Position numbers and translations under genes: made by a program
Notes under the pieces: model-generated
What the model was told of the DNA's origin: nothing
The model's input: only the letters and a program-made list of their open reading frames with translations
Database searches by the model: none
Virus record (IMG/VR): IMGVR_UViG_3300006169_000165
Span: 1 to 34,517 of that record
Length of the DNA: 34,517 nucleotides
Direction: 5' to 3' (one strand)
Origin: a virus
Taxonomy: Duplodnaviria; Caudoviricetes
Shown here: one piece after another, positions 7,536 to 14,932 of the stretch
Layout: every line of letters starts with the position of its first letter
How positions within the stretch are numbered: the first letter of the stretch is position 1

Positions 7536-7921
7536 TGGGGATCGAGATCCGGCGCGGGAGCTCCCGGCTCGTCCTGCTGATCGGCGCGTGGGCGCTGAAG
7601 CTCCCCCACCCGTCGAGCTGGCGGAGTCTCCTGTGGGGACTGCTCAGCAACCTCGCGGAGGCGGAGCGCCGGGGGCTGGAGGGCGCGTGCCCGGTGGTGC
7701 TGGCGCTGCCGCTCGGGCTGCTGCTGGTGCAGCGGCGTGCCGATCCGCTCCCCGAGGGCTTTCCGCTGGACGCGATCCCGGCCGCGGTCCGCGCACTCGC
7801 CGGCCACGACGGCGGCAAACTGAGCAGCTACGGGCTGATCCCCGGCCGCATCGTGGCAGTGGACTACCACGGCGACACCGCGCCGGTGGCGGGCACGACC
7901 CTCATCGAGCAGGCGGGCTGA
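7535..7921 (+). CDS. Minimal protein-kinase-like fold protein (128 aa)
   Basis: RGSSRLVLL…WALKLP…NLAE…LLVQRRADPL…HDGGKLSSYG…IVAVDYHG mirror kinase subdomains I, II, III, hinge, catalytic loop and DFG. Confidence 0.6.
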   Translation: MGIEIRRGSSRLVLLIGAWALKLPHPSSWRSLLWGLLSNLAEAERRGLEGACPVVLALPLGLLLVQRRADPLPEGFPLDAIPAAVRALAGHDGGKLSSYGLIPGRIVAVDYHGDTAPVAGTTLIEQAG

Positions 7922-8181
7922 TGCCAATCACGACGACTCCGCCGGCCGCGCCGGCGCCGCGGCACACGCGAGTGTGTGGTTGCTGCGACGGGTGGTGCCG
8001 GACGAAACCTAAGGACCTGTGCGTCCCATGCCGAAAGCTGATCGCGCTGGGGTCGGCCGCCTGCCCCACGTGCGGGAGCACGCCGGCCCGGCTCGGATAC
8101 CATGTCCGCGTACCGCGGCGGGGAGCGAGCGATAAGCAGTGGAGGCGTTTTCTCCGTCTGTTCGCCCCCCTGACCGCGTAA
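7921..8181 (+). CDS. Cys-rich small protein (putative zinc finger)
   Basis: CGCC, CVPC, CPTC; coupled stop/start at both ends. Confidence 0.7.
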   Translation: MPITTTPPAAPAPRHTRVCGCCDGWCRTKPKDLCVPCRKLIALGSAACPTCGSTPARLGYHVRVPRRGASDKQWRRFLRLFAPLTA

Positions 8182-8223
8182 TGCCAATGACGACGACTCC
8201 GCCGGCCGCGCCGGCGCCGCGGC
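7921..8223 (+). repeat. 43-bp direct repeat, 1 mismatch (7921-7963 and 8181-8223), at two consecutive start codons
   Basis: ATGCCAAT(C/G)ACGACGACTCCGCCGGCCGCGCCGGCGCCGCGGC encoding MP(I/M)TTTPPAAPAPR. Confidence 0.95.
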
Positions 8224-8690
8224 TCACCGACGATGAGCTGCTCCGGCAGACCCAGCGCTACGAGCGAGCGAAGCGGATCGAGGGATCGGTCAAGCGCCTG
8301 GCGGGCGAGTGCCAGCGCCTGATCGTCGGCGAGCTGGGCGCCCGCGGGGTCCGGGAGTGGGACGGCCCGGAGACGCACGTCACCGTGGTGTCGACCACGC
8401 GGACGACGGTGGATGGCGACCGGCTGTACGAGCTGCTGGGCCGTGGAGAGCGGGCCGCCGCCTATCGGACGGAGCACGACCTCAACGCGCTGCCGGAGGA
8501 GATCCGGGCGCGGATCCTCAACGAGCTGGCGCCCGCCGCCCGGCGTGCGATCACCCGGCGCGTGCTGGACCCGGCCGCCCTGGAGGCGGCGGTGGTGTCG
8601 GGCCGGGTGGCGGAGGACAAGGTGGCGGTCTGCAGCGCCACGACGTCGTCCGAGCCCTACGTCCGGATCAGCCACGGGCCGCGGCGCTGA
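8181..8690 (+). CDS. Hypothetical phage protein (169 aa)
   Basis: TAATG-coupled start; N-terminal helix followed by alpha/beta segment; strong GC3 bias. Confidence 0.8.
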   Translation: MPMTTTPPAAPAPRLTDDELLRQTQRYERAKRIEGSVKRLAGECQRLIVGELGARGVREWDGPETHVTVVSTTRTTVDGDRLYELLGRGERAAAYRTEHDLNALPEEIRARILNELAPAARRAITRRVLDPAALEAAVVSGRVAEDKVAVCSATTSSEPYVRISHGPRR

Positions 8691-8735
8691 GGCGGCGGCC
8701 AGTAGTCCCCCCCCCCACTCACAAGGGAGACGCAG

Positions 8736-9077
8736 ATGAAGATCAGGCTCAACGTGGAGCACCTGGAGGTGGAGAGCTTCGACACCGGCGGCGGCGACGG
8801 GATCGGGACGGTGGCGGCGCACCAGCAGTCGCCGCCGACCAGCGACCCGCAGACGGACACCGAGGATACGTGCCTCGGGCAGACGTGCATCGGGATGCAG
8901 ACGTGCGAGTCGGACGGGGTGGTGGGTGCGTCGTGCCAGGCGTGGTGCATGACCAACCTGCCGGAGAACACGTGCTACGACACCTGCCAGGGCTACCGCT
9001 TTACCTGCTCGCCCGGCTGCGGCGAGGGGGTGAGCATCGCCGCCAAGACGCACTGCGACTGCCCCCTGACCGCGTAA
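8736..9077 (+). CDS. RiPP precursor peptide, pinensin-like lanthipeptide leader with Cys/Thr-rich core
   Basis: AAGGGAG RBS; leader MKIRLNVEHLEVESFDT…GTVAAH; core has 11 Cys, six in Thr-Cys and one in Ser-Cys. Confidence 0.8.
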   Translation: MKIRLNVEHLEVESFDTGGGDGIGTVAAHQQSPPTSDPQTDTEDTCLGQTCIGMQTCESDGVVGASCQAWCMTNLPENTCYDTCQGYRFTCSPGCGEGVSIAAKTHCDCPLTA

Positions 9078-9164
9078 TCGCGGGGCGGGACGCGGGAAAG
9101 AAGGACGGATTCGGGCGCCTCCGTGTGACAGCGGAGGCGCCCCATGAGGAAGAGAGGATGGACC

Positions 9165-9620
9165 ATGGCGTGGAACCGAAGCGGGAGCTGGCGGCACCTG
9201 ACGCCGCTCGACGATCACCCGGGAGTGACGATGGTGCTGAGCGAGGACCTGCAGCGGGACCTGCACCACGCGGTGCGGCAGGTGGAGGAGGACGGCCGCG
9301 CGGTGGTGCGGCGGATCGAGGCGGCGCTCCCGCTGAGCGAGCGCCGGCGGATCCGCGTGCTGCTGGCCAAGCTGGAGGTCTTCGTGAGCGATGCGGAAAA
9401 GCTGCTCTTCCTGGGTGACGAGCCGGTCGATCGAGAGATCGAGGAGCTCAACGACAAGTTCGACGCGCTCTTCCTCCAGCGCGCCGAGCTGGACCGCGAC
9501 GCGCGCCGGATCCGGCGCGAGACGCAGAGCCTCGCGCTCGACCGGCGCGAGCTCCACAACCAGCAGAAGCTCGACGAGCTGGAGGTGATCGAGCGCCAGC
9601 TGCGTCCGCTGGGCGGATGA
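9165..9620 (+). CDS. Coiled-coil hypothetical protein
   Basis: Heptad-rich C-terminal half; start uncertain (9144, 9165 or 9231); ATGA overlap with the next gene. Confidence 0.7.
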   Translation: MAWNRSGSWRHLTPLDDHPGVTMVLSEDLQRDLHHAVRQVEEDGRAVVRRIEAALPLSERRRIRVLLAKLEVFVSDAEKLLFLGDEPVDREIEELNDKFDALFLQRAELDRDARRIRRETQSLALDRRELHNQQKLDELEVIERQLRPLGG

Positions 9621-9910
9621 CCCCCGACCAACTGCGCTCCTGGGAGACGGTGCTGCAGAGCCCGGTGGCCGTGGCGCTGCTGCTGCTGGCGGCGGTGTGC
9701 GTGACCAACGGTTTCTGGTTGGCGGTCGTGCGGAGCCTGTGGGTCGAGAACCGAGAGCAGACGGCGGCGTTCCGCGACTACCTGCTCACCAACGACCGCT
9801 TCGACGCGACGGTCGACAACGTCCGCCGCCTGATCCACCTGACCCAAGCGACCGGGGGTGACGATGCGGATCCGACGAGTACGTGCAGCGCCTGGTGCGA
9901 TCCTGAGTGA
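9617..9910 (+). CDS. Small membrane protein (holin-like or Mu gp25-position protein)
   Basis: Hydrophobic segment VAVALLLLAAVCVTNGFWLAVV followed by an amphipathic helix; upstream of terminase genes. Confidence 0.6.
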   Translation: MTPDQLRSWETVLQSPVAVALLLLAAVCVTNGFWLAVVRSLWVENREQTAAFRDYLLTNDRFDATVDNVRRLIHLTQATGGDDADPTSTCSAWCDPE

Positions 9911-10055
9911 CCTGGTGGAGCGGATCCGCCGCTGGCTCCTGACGCTGCGCGTGGAGCGGGCGACGCAGCAGGCGACGGTGCTGGTGCTGCGGCAGCGGAC
10001 GCGTCGGATGGAGGCGGTGCTGGCCGCGGCCGAGTCCGCCGGCGTGGCGGCGTGA
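9864..10055 (+). CDS. Small basic hypothetical protein
   Basis: Fills the gap before the terminase small subunit; overlaps the previous gene. Confidence 0.5.
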   Translation: MRIRRVRAAPGAILSDLVERIRRWLLTLRVERATQQATVLVLRQRTRRMEAVLAAAESAGVAA

Positions 10056-10061
10056 CGGTGC

Positions 10062-10496
10062 ATGGCGCATCCGGAGGCGGTCCGCAGGCGGGCGCGACAG
10101 CTCTACATGGCGCGGGTGCCGCTCCGGGAGGTCGGGGCGCGCGTGCGGGTGGGGCTCGGCACGGTCAAGCGGTGGTGCCTGGAGGAGTCGTGGACGGAGC
10201 TGCGGGAGAAGCAGGCGGAGCTCGAGCGGGAGAGCGCGGCGCTGGCGGTGGCGATGGCGCGCCGGGCGCGCGAGTCGGCGGATCCGCAGCAGGCGTTCGC
10301 CGCAACCCACGCGGCGCAGCTCCTCCGCGGCGCCGCCCCCGCCGCGCCGCTGCCGCCGGTGGACCTGGTGGCGCGCGCGCTGATCAGCGTGCTGGCGTCG
10401 CATCCGGCGGTCGGACCGGTGGTCCAGCGTCACCGCGCGGAGGTGCTCGACCTGGTGGCGCGGGAGACGGAGCGGCTGCAGGAGCTGTACGGGTGA
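10062..10496 (+). CDS. Terminase small subunit-like HTH protein (DUF1804-like)
   Basis: ARQLYM…PLREVGARVRVGLGTVKRWC…W N-terminal HTH immediately before the large subunit. Confidence 0.8.
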   Translation: MAHPEAVRRRARQLYMARVPLREVGARVRVGLGTVKRWCLEESWTELREKQAELERESAALAVAMARRARESADPQQAFAATHAAQLLRGAAPAAPLPPVDLVARALISVLASHPAVGPVVQRHRAEVLDLVARETERLQELYG

Positions 10497-10614
10497 GGGG
10501 CGGCTGCCGGCGGACGCGCCCGGAAAGGCCTTTCGAACGGCCTTTCCCGCCCCGATCGGGGGCGTGGACGGGGATCGAGGCGGGTGCGTGCCTCGCGCGC
10601 GGCAGAGGCGAAAG

Positions 10615-12474
10615 GTGAAGACGATCTCGCTGGGCGACTTCCAGGCACGCCGGCGCGGCCTGCGGGAGGAGCTGGACGATCTCCTCCCGGAGCCGGTCCC
10701 GGTGGAGCCGGACGACGACGCGAGCGCGGAGGAGGCGGAGCTGGAGGCCGCGCTGCAGGACGCGCGCGACTTCCTGGACCTCCCGAAGACCGCGAGCCGG
10801 GAGCAGGTGCAGGCGTGCTTCGGGGCGTCCATCGACGCGTTCAGCGGATTCTTCTTCGGCCACTACCACGTGGATGAGGAGGGGCAAGAGATCCCGCCGA
10901 GCCGGATGCATGGCGAGCTGCTCGCGCGGATCCAGGACCTGGTGCTCGGCCGGACGGCCAGCCGGGAAGAGGCATTCGCCTGCCCGCGCGAGTACGGCAA
11001 GTCGGTGACCGGCACGCTGACGGGCGCGACCTGGGCGGCGGCCAACCAGCACCGGCGCTTCCCGTTCATCTTCTCCGATACCGGGTCGCAGGCCGCGGGA
11101 TTTCTCGAGGATGTGCGGGACGAGCTGGAGGGCAACCTCCGCCTGCGCGCGGTCTACCCGGAGTTCTGTGCGTGGGAGGCGCCGCCGCGGCTCAATCCGC
11201 ACGGGCTGAGCCGTCTGGTGATGGCCAACGGGACGGTGATCATGGCGGCCGGCAAAGGCAAATCGGTGCGCGGTGCGCGGAAGGGCACGCGCCGCCCGGA
11301 CTGGATCATCCTGGACGATATCGAGTCGGACGAGGAAGTCGAAAACCCGAAGCGGCGAGCGAAGACGATGCGCTGGTACCGGAAGGTGGCGAAGAAGCTG
11401 GGGCGCGCGGCGGTCTACCTGATCCTGGGGACGATCCTCCACGCGCACAGCTTCCTGGCCACGGTGATCGGCAAGGACCAGGCGCGCATCTACCGCGCGG
11501 TGGAGGTGATGCCGTCGCGGATGGACCTGTGGGAGCAGTGGGAGCTCGTCTTCCACGACCGGAGCGTGCCGGAGGCGGAGGAGCGGCGGCTGCGGGCGCG
11601 CGCCTTCTACGACGCGCGTCGGGCCGAGATGGACGAGGGCGCCGAGGTCCTCTGGCCGGGCCGGTTCGCGCTCTACGAGCTGATGGAGGAGCGCGCGGAG
11701 GATCTCGCCAGCTTCCTGTCGGAGCGTCAGAACGACCCGTTCGACCCCGCCGCCTGCTGGTTCCCCGAGGACAAGCTGGTGTTTCTCGAGGCGCCGGACC
11801 TCCCGGCTCCGGAGGACGTCGTCGCGTCGGTGGCGATGTGGGATCCGAGCGACGGCACGACCACGAGCGACACGTCGGCCGTGCCGCGGATCGACGCGCT
11901 GCGGGACGGCCGGCGCCTGGTCTCCTGGGCGCTGGTCGATCGGGTCCCGCCGGAGGAGGTGATCCAGACGATCGTGGGCGCCCACAAGATCCGACCGTTC
12001 GGCGTGGTGGGCGTGGAGAAGGTGGGGCTGAGCAGCGTCCACAAGGACCTGACCCGCGTCGCCCGCGAGATGGGGATCGCGCTGCCGGTGCAGGCGGTGA
12101 CGCCGCACGGGAGCAAGGACCTGCGGATCCGGACCCAGCGGCCGCTGGTGGTGTCGGGCGGGCTGGTGTTTTCCGCGGATTTGCCGCGCGAGGCGGTGCA
12201 GCAGATCAAGTACTACCCGCAGCACCCCAACGACGATCTCTGGGACGCGATCCAGCAGGGCAACGCGCTGCTCGACGAGCTGCTGGCGGGCGTCAGGCCG
12301 GCGGCCTCGTCGCGGGATCCCGGCGTGACCGACGGCACGCTCACCGCGGCCGACGCGTTCGGCCGGGAGCGCCTGGCGGGCGACGACGGCAGGCTCGCCG
12401 TGACGCGGGACGCCCGCGGCGACGGCCTGCTCGGCGGGCTCCTCGGCAACCTGCTGGAGAGGATGCTCGGCTGA
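10615..12474 (+). CDS. terL: Terminase large subunit
   Basis: Walker A PREYGKS, SVRGAR, Walker B RPDWIILDDIE, LGTILH, nuclease motifs WDPS…SDTSA and PNDDLWDA. GTG 10615 with AGAGG RBS preferred over 10564. Confidence 0.93.
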   Translation: MKTISLGDFQARRRGLREELDDLLPEPVPVEPDDDASAEEAELEAALQDARDFLDLPKTASREQVQACFGASIDAFSGFFFGHYHVDEEGQEIPPSRMHGELLARIQDLVLGRTASREEAFACPREYGKSVTGTLTGATWAAANQHRRFPFIFSDTGSQAAGFLEDVRDELEGNLRLRAVYPEFCAWEAPPRLNPHGLSRLVMANGTVIMAAGKGKSVRGARKGTRRPDWIILDDIESDEEVENPKRRAKTMRWYRKVAKKLGRAAVYLILGTILHAHSFLATVIGKDQARIYRAVEVMPSRMDLWEQWELVFHDRSVPEAEERRLRARAFYDARRAEMDEGAEVLWPGRFALYELMEERAEDLASFLSERQNDPFDPAACWFPEDKLVFLEAPDLPAPEDVVASVAMWDPSDGTTTSDTSAVPRIDALRDGRRLVSWALVDRVPPEEVIQTIVGAHKIRPFGVVGVEKVGLSSVHKDLTRVAREMGIALPVQAVTPHGSKDLRIRTQRPLVVSGGLVFSADLPREAVQQIKYYPQHPNDDLWDAIQQGNALLDELLAGVRPAASSRDPGVTDGTLTAADAFGRERLAGDDGRLAVTRDARGDGLLGGLLGNLLERMLG

Positions 12475-13847
12475 TGGCTCAGCGTCGAGATCCAGCCGCG
12501 CGCCACGTGCGCGACTACGCCGAGGGCTGGCGGCCGCTGTCGGGCAGCATCCGCGACCTGCCCGCCGTGACGCACGAGCGGATGCAGGAGATCGCCGTCT
12601 ACCTCTGGCACCGCAACCCGCTCGGCCGGCGGATCATCAACGCCCAGGCGGAGTGGATGATCGGGGAGGGCGTGACCATCAGCGTCGAGGACCCGCGCGC
12701 GGACGAGCTGCTCCGTCGGCACTGGTCCGCCAACCGGTGGGACCAGCAGCTCCCCCAGCTGGTGAACGAGCTCGGCTGCTTCGGCGAGGACTTCGCCCCG
12801 GTCTTCGCCAACCCGTTCTCCGGACTGGTCAAGTACGGCGTCCTGGACCCTACCTGGGTGCAGGAGGTGGTGCCGAGCCCGGACGACGCGACCACTCCGA
12901 TCGGCGTCGTCCAGAAGGCGCATACGGCGGGCGGTGCGGAGCGCCGGTACCGGACGCTGCTGCGCCGGGAGGACGAGGAGTGGCTGTCGCCGGCGGCGCT
13001 CAGGGAGCGCGAGCGGTTCGGGGACGGCGAGATCCTGGTCACGGGGGTCAACAAGCTCCGCACCGCGACCCGGGGGATCAGCGACCTCTTCGCGCTGGCC
13101 GACTGGCTCGACGGCTACGAGCAGCTGCTCTTCGCCGACCTGATCCGGACCAAGGCGATCAGCCACTACTTCTGGGACTACGAGCTCTCCGGGTTCAACC
13201 AGGCGGAGATCGACGCGTACATGGCTGAGCTGCCGCCTCCGCGGCCGCTGTCGTCCTTCGGCCACAACGAAAAGGTCAAGCGCACGCTGGTGGGCGGCGG
13301 GGAGAAGAGCACATCGGGGGCGGAGACGACGCGCACGTTCCGGAACCACATCGCCGGCGGGGCCGGGCAGCCGGAGCACTGGTACGGCGGAGGCGGGGAC
13401 GTCAACCGCAGCACGGCCGACTCGATGGACGGGCACACCGTCAAGACCCTCACCGCGCGGCAGACCGGCCTCCGTTGGATGATCGAGGACCGGCTGCACG
13501 CGCAGGTGGACCGCGGCATCCGGGTCGGGTACCTGCGCGACACGCCGGAGGCGCGGGCGATCACCGTCACGATGCCGGACCTCAGCACCAAGGACGTGAG
13601 CCGGATCGCGTCGGCGCTGCAGGCGATCGCCAACGCCGTCGCGGTGGCGCAGACGGGAGGGTTCGTGGACCAGGAGACCGGCGCGCGGCTGGTGGCCGCC
13701 CTGGCGACGCACGTGGGGCTCGAGGTGGACGCCGAGGAGATGCTCGCCCGGGCGCGGACGCAGCGGAGCGAGAGCGCGGCGGATGACCTCGCGCGGATCT
13801 ACGACCAGCGGCAGAGCATGCCGCCCGCCGCGACCGCCGCGGCGTGA
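12474..13847 (+). CDS. Portal protein
   Basis: Follows TerL (TGATG), 457 aa; NPLGRRII…IGEGV, FGE, RGISDL, GQPEHWYG…DVNRSTA motifs typical of portals. Confidence 0.85.
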   Translation: MAQRRDPAARHVRDYAEGWRPLSGSIRDLPAVTHERMQEIAVYLWHRNPLGRRIINAQAEWMIGEGVTISVEDPRADELLRRHWSANRWDQQLPQLVNELGCFGEDFAPVFANPFSGLVKYGVLDPTWVQEVVPSPDDATTPIGVVQKAHTAGGAERRYRTLLRREDEEWLSPAALRERERFGDGEILVTGVNKLRTATRGISDLFALADWLDGYEQLLFADLIRTKAISHYFWDYELSGFNQAEIDAYMAELPPPRPLSSFGHNEKVKRTLVGGGEKSTSGAETTRTFRNHIAGGAGQPEHWYGGGGDVNRSTADSMDGHTVKTLTARQTGLRWMIEDRLHAQVDRGIRVGYLRDTPEARAITVTMPDLSTKDVSRIASALQAIANAVAVAQTGGFVDQETGARLVAALATHVGLEVDAEEMLARARTQRSESAADDLARIYDQRQSMPPAATAAA

Positions 13848-13850
13848 CCC

Positions 13851-14687
13851 GTGACGCGGGCAGAGCGGCGGTTCCGCGGCGCGGTGCGGGAGGAGCTGGC
13901 GCGCCGCAAGGCGGGGGTGACCGACGCGCGGCTGGTGATCCTGGACCTCCTGCGGCTGATGCAGGCCGACGTCCGGGGCGTGCTGCGCAGGGCGCCGTCC
14001 GATTTCGACCGGGCGTTCCTCCCGCGGCTGCTGAGCGAGGTGGACGGGGCGATGGAGCGATGGAATGCGCGGGTGGAGGACGCCGCGCTCGGGATCTTCG
14101 AGGATGCGGCCCGCCTCGGTCCACGCCTCGTGCAGGCGCCGCTCTCCGCGATGGGCATCGAGCTGGGCGGTCCGCTGATCAGCGAGCACCTGCTGCGGAG
14201 CGCCGCGAACTGGTCGGCGGACAAGCTGGCGCTCGGCCTGGCGGACGGCCGCGCGGCGATCGAGGCGCACATCCGGCTGGGCGTCCTCGGCGGCCGATCC
14301 CCGCACGAGGTGATGGCCGGGATCAGCAAGGAGCTCGGCGACGACGCCGGCCCGTTCCGCAAGGTGAGCCTGCGCGCGGAGATGATCATGCGCACGGAGA
14401 CCGGCCGGATCCACTCCATGGCCACGCAGGCGCGGATGGACGAGGCCGCGGACCTGGTGCCGGACCTGGGCAAGGAGTGGCAGTGGAGCGGCAAGAGCCG
14501 CATGTCGCACTCGGCCGTCAACGGCCAGCGGCGCAAGGTATCGGAGCCGTTCGACGTGGGCGGCGAGCAGCTGATGCATCCGCGCGACCCGGACGGGTCC
14601 GCGGGGAACACCGTCGCCTGCGGGTGCGAGTCGATCCCGTACCTGGCGCGATGGGCGGACACCCCGAACAAGGAGACCGAAGAGTGA
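13851..14687 (+). CDS. Head morphogenesis protein (Mu gpF / SPP1 gp7-like)
   Basis: RAEMIMRTE…KEWQWSG…RMSH…NGQ…EPFDVGG…MHPRDP…NTVACGC. Confidence 0.9.
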   Translation: MTRAERRFRGAVREELARRKAGVTDARLVILDLLRLMQADVRGVLRRAPSDFDRAFLPRLLSEVDGAMERWNARVEDAALGIFEDAARLGPRLVQAPLSAMGIELGGPLISEHLLRSAANWSADKLALGLADGRAAIEAHIRLGVLGGRSPHEVMAGISKELGDDAGPFRKVSLRAEMIMRTETGRIHSMATQARMDEAADLVPDLGKEWQWSGKSRMSHSAVNGQRRKVSEPFDVGGEQLMHPRDPDGSAGNTVACGCESIPYLARWADTPNKETEE

Positions 14688-14932
14688 ACGAGCAGAAGAT
14701 CCCGGGGGCGCTGCGCCGGCTGGTCCGCAGGCCGGCGTACAAGGACGGCAAGCCGGCCGGGACGCGGGAGATCGCGTCGAAGGAGGTGCTCGACTGGGCG
14801 GCGTCGGAGCGGGAGATCGTGATCATCACCGTCGACGGGCATCGCTACCGCGCGGACAAGCCGACGGGCAAGGCCGCGGCCAGCGCCAGCAGCGAGGACG
14901 ACGACGACGAGCGGGGCGGGGAGGAGTCGTGA
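14684..14932 (+). CDS. Small head-region protein (82 aa)
   Basis: GTGA-coupled at both ends, AAGGAG RBS; EVLDWA…IITVDGHRY. Confidence 0.7.
   Translation: MNEQKIPGALRRLVRRPAYKDGKPAGTREIASKEVLDWAASEREIVIITVDGHRYRADKPTGKAAASASSEDDDDERGGEES

Noticed and set aside
2573-9078. CRISPR array or integron attC cassettes as explanation for the direct repeats
   Set aside because: Each repeat occurs only twice, the sequences differ between pairs, they are coding, and there is no cas or integrase gene.
11172-12473. N-terminal extension of ORF 11172..13847
   Set aside because: Out-of-frame overlap with terL; the portal starts at the coupled ATG 12474.
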